A stretch of 10,968 nt of DNA from Elusimicrobiota bacterium (GCA_043816185.1 JBDRIG010000102.1:1-10968), one strand, 5' to 3'; counted from the stretch's first letter, positions 1 to 7,932 are shown. A program made the numbers and translations. Notes: generated by a model from the sequence alone, not told the origin.

Positions 1-97
1 ATTTTTTGGCTAAAGCATATGCAGAAAATGAACTTTCTTTAATCAATTTCCTTATAACCAAAGTCGTGGTAGCATTCTTATGTGAACTTGTTTGCAT
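1..97 (-). CDS. IS481-family transposase, N-terminal fragment (continues beyond the window edge)
   Basis: Not in the ORF track. My translation from ATG at 97 gives MQTSSHKNATTTLVIRKLIKESSFSAYALAKK, open to the edge. It resembles the H-x-N-A-T-T-T...R..I..S......LA(K/R) N-terminal HTH start of IS481-family transposases. Confidence 0.72.
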   Translation of the reverse strand, partial: MQTSSHKNATTTLVIRKLIKESSFSAYALAKK

Positions 98-105
98 ACA
101 TCAAG

Positions 106-134
106 ATTATACACCTTAACGTATCGTTAGTCAA
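106..134 (-). promoter_or_regulatory. Sigma70-type promoter upstream of the transposase
   Basis: Minus strand reads TTGACT (134-129), a 17-nt spacer, then TATAAT (111-106). The ATG follows 8 nt after the -10 box. Confidence 0.65.
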
Positions 135-139
135 CAAGT

Positions 140-168
140 AATATAACAGATTTTTTCAGTTTTGTCAA
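140..168 (-). promoter_or_regulatory. Sigma70-type promoter with extended -10
   Basis: Minus strand reads TTGACA (168-163), a 17-nt spacer ending in TGT (a TGn extension), then TATATT (145-140). Confidence 0.6.
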
Positions 169-175
169 GCAGGTT

Positions 176-1951
176 TTATTTCACTAAACATTTCTGATAT
201 TTCTGTTTTTCTCTCGAAACATACCATTCGCGGAAATTCCAACCAATGCCCAAAGGTGTCACTTCTGGCCCAATAAATCTTTTATGAATTACAGGTAGTG
301 CGTCTGCAATGTACAGAAACGTGTATGGTTGATCTTCAGCAAGGATTTTATGAATTTTTTGGTAAATTTTCTGTCTTTGTTTTTCTGGAAAAATCCGCCG
401 TCCTTCTTCCAGTAATTTATCAACCTCCTTATTTTCGTAAGATACAAAATTATATTGCCCTTCTTTTTTTTGCGACGAATGCCATATAGAAAATTGGTCG
501 GGATCACGAGATAATGACCAGCCCAAAATTACAGCATTAAAATTTTTCTTATCTATGTATTGATGAATAAAAGTTGACCACTCCAAAATTCGTATGTTGA
601 TTTTTATGCCAACTTTTTTAAGATGTGCTTGAATAAGTTCTGCTGCGACCGCCCTTGATTTATTCCCCTGATTTGTAATTATTGTAAATTCAAATTTCTT
701 TCCGTTTTTATCAAGCCAGCCATCGTTATCGGAATCAATCCATCCATGCATCTTCAAAATTTTTTTAGTTTTTTCAGGATTGTATTCATAATCCTGAACT
801 TCTGGATTATACGCCCAACTCGTCGGCGGATATGGCCCTGTTGCTGGAACACCTAATCCAAGCAGAATACCGTCGATAATTTCTTTTTTATTTATTGAAT
901 ATGCAATTGCTTGCCTAATTTCTTTTTCCTTGAAAAGTGGATTCAAAAGATTATATCCGAGATAGGCATAACCAAAAGAAGGGTATCTGAACTTGTTGTA
1001 ATTTATAAAAAATTTTTTATAAGCATTGTATTGATCAGGTGTCAATCCCATAGAATCAATCGTTTCGTTCCTCAATTCCAAAAACTGAACTGATTGGTCG
1101 GGAATAATTCTGTAAATGTATTTTGAAATTTTAGGTGGTCCTTCAAAATAATCAGGATTTGCCTCAAGCACGATTTTTTCATCCGTTTTCCATTCGACGA
1201 ATCTGAAGGGACCAGTCCCGACTGGTTTTCTATTCGCAGGATGGGTATTAAAACTTGCTTCGGTTTTATCTTGCAACGATTTATCTTGTAATGATAATCC
1301 TTTTTCAAATATATGTTTTGGAATTATGCCAATCCCCCACGATATAAGTCCTGGCGAGAACGGTTCCCTATATGTGATTTTTATTTTGTACGGGTTGATG
1401 ATTTCAAATTTTTTAACGAGTTCAAAGTCAGAGGAATACGGTGTTTTTACTTTCGGGTCAATAAGTTTTTGATATGTGAACCCAACATCTTCTGCAGTAA
1501 AAGGTTTGCCGTCGTGCCACTTAACATTTTTTCTTAAATTAAAAATTATTGTTTTACCATCAGCAGAAACATTCCACGATTCCGCCAAATCTCCGACGAT
1601 ATTTATGTTCTTGTCGTATTTTACAAGCCCATTAAATATGTGCCCATTTATATCACCTGATGCTGAATCAGACGCTAAAACAGGATTTAAATATGAGGCA
1701 TCTCCAATAGACGACTCAACATAATAATCACCGAAATTATTGCTATCAGAAGGGTTGATAGAAACGTTACCATGAATGTTGTCAGAAGTGTTATCAGAAG
1801 CGTTACCAGGAGTGTTGCAAGAAACGTTACCAGAAGTGTTGTAAAAAGCGTTGCCAGAAGTTTGTTTTACAGTTTCAGTTTTTTTGCAACCAATATTGAA
1901 AATCAAAAAAATCAAAAAAAGAGACAACCCTTTTTTTATATCGTCAATCAT
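176..1951 (-). CDS. ABC transporter peptide-binding lipoprotein (SBP family 5, AppA/OppA-like)
   Basis: 591 aa. Signal peptide with lipobox FNIG-C; family-5 motifs DLAESW, F.LRKNVKWHDGKPFTAEDV.FT, PVGTGPF, and IRQAIAYSINK. SD AAGAGGA at 1966-1960. Confidence 0.93.
   Translation of the reverse strand: MIDDIKKGLSLFLIFLIFNIGCKKTETVKQTSGNAFYNTSGNVSCNTPGNASDNTSDNIHGNVSINPSDSNNFGDYYVESSIGDASYLNPVLASDSASGDINGHIFNGLVKYDKNINIVGDLAESWNVSADGKTIIFNLRKNVKWHDGKPFTAEDVGFTYQKLIDPKVKTPYSSDFELVKKFEIINPYKIKITYREPFSPGLISWGIGIIPKHIFEKGLSLQDKSLQDKTEASFNTHPANRKPVGTGPFRFVEWKTDEKIVLEANPDYFEGPPKISKYIYRIIPDQSVQFLELRNETIDSMGLTPDQYNAYKKFFINYNKFRYPSFGYAYLGYNLLNPLFKEKEIRQAIAYSINKKEIIDGILLGLGVPATGPYPPTSWAYNPEVQDYEYNPEKTKKILKMHGWIDSDNDGWLDKNGKKFEFTIITNQGNKSRAVAAELIQAHLKKVGIKINIRILEWSTFIHQYIDKKNFNAVILGWSLSRDPDQFSIWHSSQKKEGQYNFVSYENKEVDKLLEEGRRIFPEKQRQKIYQKIHKILAEDQPYTFLYIADALPVIHKRFIGPEVTPLGIGWNFREWYVSREKQKYQKCLVK
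1742..1861. repeat. Ten degenerate 12-nt in-frame tandem units encoding an Asn-periodic linker
   Basis: Plus-strand units such as gttaccagaagt, gttatcagaagc, gttgccagaagt and gttgcaagaaac. Protein: TSGN AFYN TSGN VSCN TPGN ASDN TSDN IHGN VSIN PSDS. Confidence 0.9.
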
Positions 1952-1992
1952 TTAAAATTTCCTCTTTTTATTCTATTACTTTTTAATATACA

Positions 1993-2020
1993 AATTTAAT
2001 ACGGATAAGATTATTGTCAA
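1993..2020 (-). promoter_or_regulatory. Probable sigma70 promoter for the peptide-binding lipoprotein
   Basis: Perfect TTGACA (2020-2015), a 16-nt spacer, then TAAATT (1998-1993), about 40 nt upstream of the ATG. Confidence 0.45.
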
Positions 2021-2062
2021 AAAAGACACTTTGTTCAAAGAAACTCAATCGGAAAATCGCAG

Positions 2063-2086
2063 CTCAATACTACACTCAATACTACT
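2063..2086. repeat. 12-nt tandem duplication overlapping the oxidoreductase stop codon
   Basis: ctcaatactaca followed by ctcaatactact. The TAG stop (2084-2082) lies in the second copy. Confidence 0.7.
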
Positions 2087-3704
2087 CACCCATACTATTT
2101 TTCACAGACTTTATGGCATCAGCGGCAGAACTCGTTATGCCGCCTGTATATCCCGAACCTTCGCCTATCGGGTACAAATTTTTTATATTTACTGATTCAT
2201 ATTTTTCGTTGCGTTTAATTCTTATAGGGCAAGAAGTTCTTGTTTCCGCAGCTAACAATATCGCATAATCTGAAACGAACAATGGTTCATCTACCTTCCA
2301 TTTGTTAAACGCAATTAAAAGTGCCTCGCTTACAAATTTGGGAAATATGTTATTCATATTAACAGATGTGGTTCCCATCTTTGACGAATTATTATTTAAT
2401 TTATCAGAGGTTTTCCCACATAAAAAATCCATCAAATTTTGAGCGGGAACTTTCCATTTTTCCCCAACTGAATTAACTGAATTAAATTTTTCTCCCCCTA
2501 ACCCACCCGAACTCCCTAAATTAAAAGCTTTTCGCTCAATATCCTCTTGGAACTCAATGCCAGACAGTGGGTTGGTTGATTTGTAGTCATCTATATGGCA
2601 GGTTACAACAATCGCCGCATTTGAAAATGCAGACGATCTAGTAGAATAACTCATACCATTTATAACTAACATACCATTTTCCGACGATGCGTTTAGTACT
2701 TCACCTCCAGGGCACATACAAAATGTGTATACCCCTCTTCCTATTTTTCGATCGTTATATGTAAAAGAATAATTGGCGACTCCTATACTCGGAAAGTTCT
2801 TATATTTATCGCCATATCTTATAAGATTGATAATTTCTACAGGATGCTCTATTCTTACGCCAACAGAAATTGGTTTCTGTTCAATAATAACACCTTTTTT
2901 GTAAAGCATTTCAAATGTATCCCGCGCAGAATGTCCAACCGCAAGATAAATAATTGAAGAATAATATTCCTTTTCTCCGTCTCCGATTACGACACCAATA
3001 ACTTTACCATCTGATATAAGTATATCTGTTATTTTTGAATCATAATATATTTCGCCACCCCTTTCAAGAATATAGTTCCTTATATTTTTAACTATTCCGC
3101 ACAACACATCCGTTCCTAAATGTGGCCTGCTAACATATCCTATTTCTTCAGACACACCAAATTTAATAAAAGTATCCAACACCTTGTTTATATATTCCGA
3201 ATTTTTTATTCTGGAAAACAACTTTCCGTCCGAGTATGAACCTGCACCGCCTTCTCCAAATTGAATATTTGACTCGGGATTTAATATTCTTTCTCTAATA
3301 AATTTTTGAACGTCGATAGATCGCTCCTCTATTTTTTTACCTCTCTCAAATATTATTGGTTTAATTCCACGTTCAATAAGTTCGAGAGCAGCGAACATTC
3401 CAGCAGGACCAAAACCTATTATTATAGGTCTCTCATCAATGTTTTTTGATTTTTTGTTTGTCTTTATTGTTTCAGTATATATGGGAAAATTTTCCTCGTT
3501 GCCGAAGGTATCGATAGTATTTATAACTATTGAAATTTCATAGTAGAACTGTTTTTTGTTGCGAGCGTCAAGCGATTTGCTCAGTATCTTAACAAATTTT
3601 ATATTTTTTTCACTAATTTTTATTTTTTGCGAAGCGGCTTTTACATATTCAGTTATCTCGTCTTTTTCAACCTGTATTCGTAAATTGTTTATTATTAAAT
3701 TCAA
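2082..3704 (-). CDS. FAD/NAD(P)-dependent oxidoreductase (uncharacterised COG2509-type dehydrogenase)
   Basis: 540 aa. Rossmann motif IIIGFGPAGMFAA, QFGEGGAGSYSDGKL, HLGTD, GVRIEHP, YTFCMCPGG.V, ETRTS, and YPIGEGSGYTGGITSSAADA. TTG start with SD GAGGT at 3715-3711. Confidence 0.9.
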   Translation of the reverse strand: MNLIINNLRIQVEKDEITEYVKAASQKIKISEKNIKFVKILSKSLDARNKKQFYYEISIVINTIDTFGNEENFPIYTETIKTNKKSKNIDERPIIIGFGPAGMFAALELIERGIKPIIFERGKKIEERSIDVQKFIRERILNPESNIQFGEGGAGSYSDGKLFSRIKNSEYINKVLDTFIKFGVSEEIGYVSRPHLGTDVLCGIVKNIRNYILERGGEIYYDSKITDILISDGKVIGVVIGDGEKEYYSSIIYLAVGHSARDTFEMLYKKGVIIEQKPISVGVRIEHPVEIINLIRYGDKYKNFPSIGVANYSFTYNDRKIGRGVYTFCMCPGGEVLNASSENGMLVINGMSYSTRSSAFSNAAIVVTCHIDDYKSTNPLSGIEFQEDIERKAFNLGSSGGLGGEKFNSVNSVGEKWKVPAQNLMDFLCGKTSDKLNNNSSKMGTTSVNMNNIFPKFVSEALLIAFNKWKVDEPLFVSDYAILLAAETRTSCPIRIKRNEKYESVNIKNLYPIGEGSGYTGGITSSAADAIKSVKNSMGE

Positions 3705-3752
3705 AAAAGCACCTCTTTTTATTAACTAACACTACTTCATTAAGCTCAGTTT

Positions 3753-3817
3753 GTTATTGCGAATGCTTTTGCCGTTATTGCGGTCGCTTTGCCCGTCATT
3801 GCAACCTTGCCGTCATT
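3753..3817. repeat. Tandem array of truncated GT(T/C)ATTGC palindromic-repeat heads
   Basis: gttattgcgaatgcttttgcc (21 nt), gttattgcggtcgctttgccc (21 nt), gtcattgcaaccttgcc (17 nt), then gtcatt. Confidence 0.75.
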
Positions 3818-3937
3818 CAGACTGTGTCGCAATGAGCTAAAAAGTTGCATTTTTATAGAAGATAGCAACTGATGGTAAGATATGGTACTGCAATCCAACA
3901 CTATATGGTAAAAGATGGATTGCGACACAGTCTGAAT
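3815..3937. mobile_element. MITE-like element with 19-bp perfect terminal inverted repeats
   Basis: ATTCAGACTGTGTCGCAAT (3815-3833) is the exact reverse complement of ATTGCGACACAGTCTGAAT (3919-3937). The 85-nt interior has no credible ORF and contains two internal inverted repeats, agttgc/gcaact and gcaatcca/tggattgc. Confidence 0.7.
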
Positions 3938-4049
3938 TACACCTTGCATAAGCATTCGACGAGCGTAAACACTCTACCACAAATGCTCCACTCCGTATTC
4001 ACATCCGTTTCATATCCATATTCGTCTATGACCGTAAATTTTGCTATTT

Positions 4050-5582
4050 CTATCTTAATATGACAGTTATAAACTTCTTCTGATTAAAATATTTCTTGCA
4101 AACGTTTTTGATGTCAGAAATTGTAACATCGTTAATCTCTTCAAGATATTTTTGATCGTATTCATATCCCCTATCCATCGTTTCCCACCAGCCGAGATAC
4201 CACGACTGTCTTTGGATTGTTCTGTGATCCAAAAGATAAGTTCCTTTTAAGTATTCCTTTGCATTTTTCAGTTCATCGTTGGAAATTTCAGATAATTTTT
4301 TAATTTCATCGATGAATATTTTTTCCGTTGTTTCTATATTTTTTTTTGATGTACCTGCATACAACATAAAATCGCTTGTTTCTTTTTTTGAAGGATAAAA
4401 CGAAGCACCTTCATAAACCAGTCCGCTTTTTTCGCGAAGTACGTCAAAAAGCCGTGAACCCATTCCACCGCCGAGTATAACATTGATTACTTTTAGCGTA
4501 GAATATTCCTTTTGATTAATATCAGGTGCCAAAAATCCCGAGAAAATATATGACTGTTGAAATTTACCGACATATATTTTTCTAACGGACTCAGTGTATG
4601 ATGACAACGATTTTAATGGCAGATTTTGACGATAGTTCTCCTGATGATACTTCATATCGCTGGTAGCAATGTCTTTATCGCTGTAATCGGTATCAGATTG
4701 TTGTGCATTAAATATATCAGCTGTGGCAGAAAAATCTGATACAACAAAATATTTTTCTACAAGTTTTTTTGTCGTTTCAAAATTACTATCGCCAACAACA
4801 CATAGAACCATATTTGTTGTCTTAAAATGTTTTTTATAATTATCCAAAATCTGTGAAACGGTTAAAGAGGAAATAGTTGTTTCGTATCCCTCAATTGGTT
4901 TATGATACGGATGATTTTTGAAAATAAGTTCGTTAAAATAGTCATACGCAACATTAAATATATGGTCGGCCTTTGACTTTATAGCAGCAATTATTTTTAT
5001 CTTTTCTTTCTCAAATTCTTTTTCGGGGAATGTCGGATTGTTTACAATATCGGCAAAAATATCGAAGGCAGGAATAAAATTGTTCGACGGTACTATCATT
5101 GAAACCTCAGAAAAATCGTTTGAACATCCTGCGGAAATTGTTGCACCAAACATCTCCGAATCGTTAGCAATTTTTTCCGAAGTTCTATTAGATGTTCCTT
5201 TTATTAACAATTGCAAAGTAAAATTTGTTACGCCCGCCTCATCATCTGTTTCAACGACTGCTCCGCCTTTTATAAATAAATTTATGTTTACCAAGCCGAT
5301 GTTCTTTTTTTCAAAGTGAATTAAAACAAAACCGTTGTCAAATTGGATTTTGTTGACTTGTTGGATTTTGTTGACATGAGCGTAAAGAGTAGTGTAAGAT
5401 GTAAGATGTAAGATGTATAGTAATAATGCAACAGCAGTGGCGCGATGATATGATAGTAAGAGAGAAACAGGAAATATATTGATGTGTTTATATGTTGACA
5501 TGGAACACAATCGCATTGACGACTTTACCTTCAATGTAATTTTATAAACATAAGATAATATCGACGATTTGAATTTTTTCAT
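4050..5582 (-). CDS. M16B peptidase family protein, non-catalytic subunit
   Basis: Up to 510 aa with M16 fold motifs (KGTSNRT, NVILGGGMGSRLFDVLREKSGLVY). HXXEH is replaced by NFTLQ. It starts 2 nt after the upstream M16 stop. The exact start is uncertain because the N-terminus is long and repeat-rich. Confidence 0.88.
   Translation of the reverse strand: MKKFKSSILSYVYKITLKVKSSMRLCSMSTYKHINIFPVSLLLSYHRATAVALLLYILHLTSYTTLYAHVNKIQQVNKIQFDNGFVLIHFEKKNIGLVNINLFIKGGAVVETDDEAGVTNFTLQLLIKGTSNRTSEKIANDSEMFGATISAGCSNDFSEVSMIVPSNNFIPAFDIFADIVNNPTFPEKEFEKEKIKIIAAIKSKADHIFNVAYDYFNELIFKNHPYHKPIEGYETTISSLTVSQILDNYKKHFKTTNMVLCVVGDSNFETTKKLVEKYFVVSDFSATADIFNAQQSDTDYSDKDIATSDMKYHQENYRQNLPLKSLSSYTESVRKIYVGKFQQSYIFSGFLAPDINQKEYSTLKVINVILGGGMGSRLFDVLREKSGLVYEGASFYPSKKETSDFMLYAGTSKKNIETTEKIFIDEIKKLSEISNDELKNAKEYLKGTYLLDHRTIQRQSWYLGWWETMDRGYEYDQKYLEEINDVTISDIKNVCKKYFNQKKFITVILR
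5393..5417. repeat. Heptamer tandem repeat (TGTAAGA)3 + TGTA in the leader-coding region
   Basis: tgtaaga tgtaaga tgtaaga tgta read directly; it encodes YILHLTSY. Confidence 0.8.
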
Positions 5583-5584
5583 GT

Positions 5585-6895
5585 TTACGGTGTAATAACT
5601 ACCGTTGGAATATTCGGAGAAATCAGATATTTTGAAATCACACTTTTTATATTCTGAGGCTTAACTTTTTTTATATTTTTTATATAATTTTTAGCAATTT
5701 TTCTGTTACCAAGTGTTGTATAAAATCCAAGTTCTTCCGCTTTACCGTCAGGTGTTTGTTCTTGTAAAAGTTTATCCCGCATAAGAAGTGCCTTTGCTCT
5801 ATCAAGTTCTTCATATGTTACATTTTTAAATGTAAGTTGGTTAAGTTCAGTTAAAATCTTATCTGATACGGCGGATGTATTTTCTGGCAAACATTCCGCA
5901 TATACATAAAATAATCCTGGCCCCCTGTGTGTTGCAAACGAAACAGAAATAGTATAAGCAAGTTTTGTTTCTTCAACAAGTTTTTTATAAAGCCGCGATG
6001 CTCTGCCAGTTCCCAAAACATAAGAGGCAATATCAAGCGAAAATTGGTCTTTGCTTTTTATGCTTGCAGCAGGAAAGCCCATTAAAATATGTGTCTGTGA
6101 AATATTTTTTTTTATTATTTTTTTTTGAGAAAGTTCATTTTCAGGTTCTAAGCTGTGAATATTTGTTCTGTCTTTTTTTCTTTTTATTTTTTCTAATCCC
6201 GCCAAAGTAGAATTGTTTTTTAGAAAATTAAACATTTCTTTTTCGTTAAAATTACCGGCAACAACAACGAATATATTTTTAGGTATATAAAATTTTTTGT
6301 GAAATGATAAAAAATCATCTCGTTTCAATTTTGAAACCGTTTTTTCTGTTCCGATTACTTTTTTTGTATAGCAAGAAAATTTAGGATATGCATATTTGTA
6401 AAATTCATTGAAAAGTTGTGATTGTGGGTTATCGTCGCTTCTTTTAATTTCTTCTAAAATAACTTTTCGTTCTTTTTCAATTTCTTCTTCAGAAAGTAGT
6501 GGGTTTAAAACGGCATCGGCGAGAATTTCCGTAGCTTTAAACGAGTAACTGCTCGGTACAATTGAATAAAAATATGTAAAATCTTTTGAAGTTGCAGCAT
6601 TTACTATTCCGCCTAATTTTTCTATCTCGGGGGCAATTTGTTTTTGAGTTCTCGTCGGTGTTCCTTTGAAAATAAGATGTTCTATAAAATGGGAAATTCC
6701 TGAAATATCTTCGTCTTCATTTACCGCACCTGCAGAAATCCATATTTGAATTGCAGTGGTAGTTGCCGATGGATTGGTATCAAAAATAACCGTTATGCCG
6801 TTTTTTAATTTTTTATTTTCTACGGAATACGAAAAAGATAACAACAATAGCGTTATAAGATAACTACTAATAAAAAATTCAAAAATGTTTTTCAT
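5585..6895 (-). CDS. M16B zinc metallopeptidase, catalytic subunit (pitrilysin/insulinase family), likely exported
   Basis: 436 aa. Inverted zinc motif GISHFIEHLIFKGT, NAATSKDFTYF, ERKVILEE, and a hydrophobic N-terminal signal-like segment. Confidence 0.93.
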   Translation of the reverse strand: MKNIFEFFISSYLITLLLLSFSYSVENKKLKNGITVIFDTNPSATTTAIQIWISAGAVNEDEDISGISHFIEHLIFKGTPTRTQKQIAPEIEKLGGIVNAATSKDFTYFYSIVPSSYSFKATEILADAVLNPLLSEEEIEKERKVILEEIKRSDDNPQSQLFNEFYKYAYPKFSCYTKKVIGTEKTVSKLKRDDFLSFHKKFYIPKNIFVVVAGNFNEKEMFNFLKNNSTLAGLEKIKRKKDRTNIHSLEPENELSQKKIIKKNISQTHILMGFPAASIKSKDQFSLDIASYVLGTGRASRLYKKLVEETKLAYTISVSFATHRGPGLFYVYAECLPENTSAVSDKILTELNQLTFKNVTYEELDRAKALLMRDKLLQEQTPDGKAEELGFYTTLGNRKIAKNYIKNIKKVKPQNIKSVISKYLISPNIPTVVITP

Positions 6896-6995
6896 AGTAT
6901 TAGGAAATTATAAACTGCAAAAACTACGACACAAAATTATGGCACAAAATTTTTATAAGATATCGTATCTTCGATGTTTGTTGTTATTTTCGAAC

Positions 6996-7090
6996 GTCAT
7001 TACAGATTACGTCACAATGTCGTTGCAATGAGTTCTCGAAGGAACGACAAAGACGAGATTCCTCAGTCGCATGTGCTCCTGTGGAATGAC
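6996..7090. repeat. Degenerate GTCATT...AATGAC palindromic (REP/RPE-like) element
   Basis: The termini GTCATT-ACAG and CTGT-GG-AATGAC are complementary. The right half reads GAGATTCCTCAGTCGC...GCTCC...GGAATGAC. The segment is GC-richer than its flanks. Confidence 0.6.
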
Positions 7091-7100
7091 AGACATTGAA

Positions 7101-7156
7101 CACGCTTCGTCGAGGCGACAAGCAAGGCACGCACGCTTCGTCGAGGTGACAAGCAA
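7101..7156. repeat. Two 25-nt direct repeats (period 31), each with a small hairpin
   Basis: cacgcttcgtcgaggcgacaagcaa (7101-7125) and cacgcttcgtcgaggtgacaagcaa (7132-7156), differing at one position. Confidence 0.85.
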
Positions 7157-7195
7157 CGGATATGGCCTTGTCGTTTCGTCGTGCCCCGTCTGTCG

Positions 7196-7861
7196 TCAAG
7201 CAGATGTGCAATCAATGTCAGATTCAATTTCTGGTGCAAAAAAATTCAAACCAATATCTACGACAACAATTTTTCCTGCACATTTTTTACCGTCAGCAAT
7301 TAGTAATCCTTTTTTTACTGCAACCATTGTAATAGTTAGGATTGCTCTTATTGCCTCGCCAAGATTTTTTCCGGTATTAGCATCAATTCCCGACGGTATA
7401 TCAATAGATGCAATTGGTAATTTTGCTAAATTTATTTTTCTGATAATTTTTTTATATGGTTTCCTAATTTTCCCTCTTGTGCCAGTACCAAGTAAGGCAT
7501 CGACGATTAAGTCGGTTTTTGGTATTTGCGTAGATGCAGATAAAGTAATAATTGGAATTTTAATTTTTTGTATTATATTAAGGTTGGTTAGTGCATCACC
7601 AGTGTATTTTGATATTTTTTGTGCGGTAAAAACTTTTACTTTTACACAATTGTTAAAAAGGTGTCTTGCTATGACAAAACCATCGCCACCATTGTTTCCC
7701 CCTCCACAAAATATTATTGCAGATTTAGGGCGAAATTCCTCGAGAATCATTTTTGCCGCATTTTTCCCTGCGTTTTCCATCAAAACAATTGATGGAATTA
7801 AAAATTTTTCAGTGGCAATTTTATCTAATCGTTTTGCTTCTTCACGATACATAAAAATCAT
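7196..7861 (-). CDS. nnrE: NAD(P)H-hydrate epimerase (YjeF_N domain only)
   Basis: Motifs LMENAG, CGGGNNGGDG, VDALLGTG, SIDIPSG and VVVDIG. No fused dehydratase domain. ATG at 7861 preferred over the TTG at 7870. Confidence 0.9.
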   Translation of the reverse strand: MIFMYREEAKRLDKIATEKFLIPSIVLMENAGKNAAKMILEEFRPKSAIIFCGGGNNGGDGFVIARHLFNNCVKVKVFTAQKISKYTGDALTNLNIIQKIKIPIITLSASTQIPKTDLIVDALLGTGTRGKIRKPYKKIIRKINLAKLPIASIDIPSGIDANTGKNLGEAIRAILTITMVAVKKGLLIADGKKCAGKIVVVDIGLNFFAPEIESDIDCTSA

Positions 7862-7932
7862 ATTGGTCAAAGTTATTGTTTGTTATTGTCGAATTGTTGG
7901 CTATTGCTGAAAGCGATTTTTTTTGGAAAAAA

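Larger units (their letters stand above)
1..148 (-). mobile_element. Left end of an IS481-family insertion sequence (partial)
   Basis: Transposase-like start at 97. IS481/IS3-type elements begin 5'-TG(T); candidate TGT starts on the minus strand lie at 148 (TGTTATATTAC) and 136 (TGTTGACTAAC). The partner end is outside the window. Confidence 0.55.

Noticed and set aside
3991..4024. Degenerate 11-12-nt repeats (ctccgtattca / catccgtttca / tatccatattcg)
   Set aside because: They are too short and degenerate to assign any function.
3746..4063. 69-aa (minus) and 63-aa (plus) ORFs
   Set aside because: They overlap the repeat array and the MITE-like element and show no protein-family features.
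7101..7156. Possible CRISPR array
   Set aside because: There are only two copies separated by 6 nt, and no cas genes. The 3753-3817 array also lacks spacer-length unique segments.
6984..7211. 75-aa minus-strand ORF
   Set aside because: It lies almost entirely across palindromic and direct repeats, has atypical composition and no SD.
7071..7910. 279-aa plus-strand ORF
   Set aside because: It is the antisense shadow of nnrE extended into repeat DNA, with no recognisable motifs.
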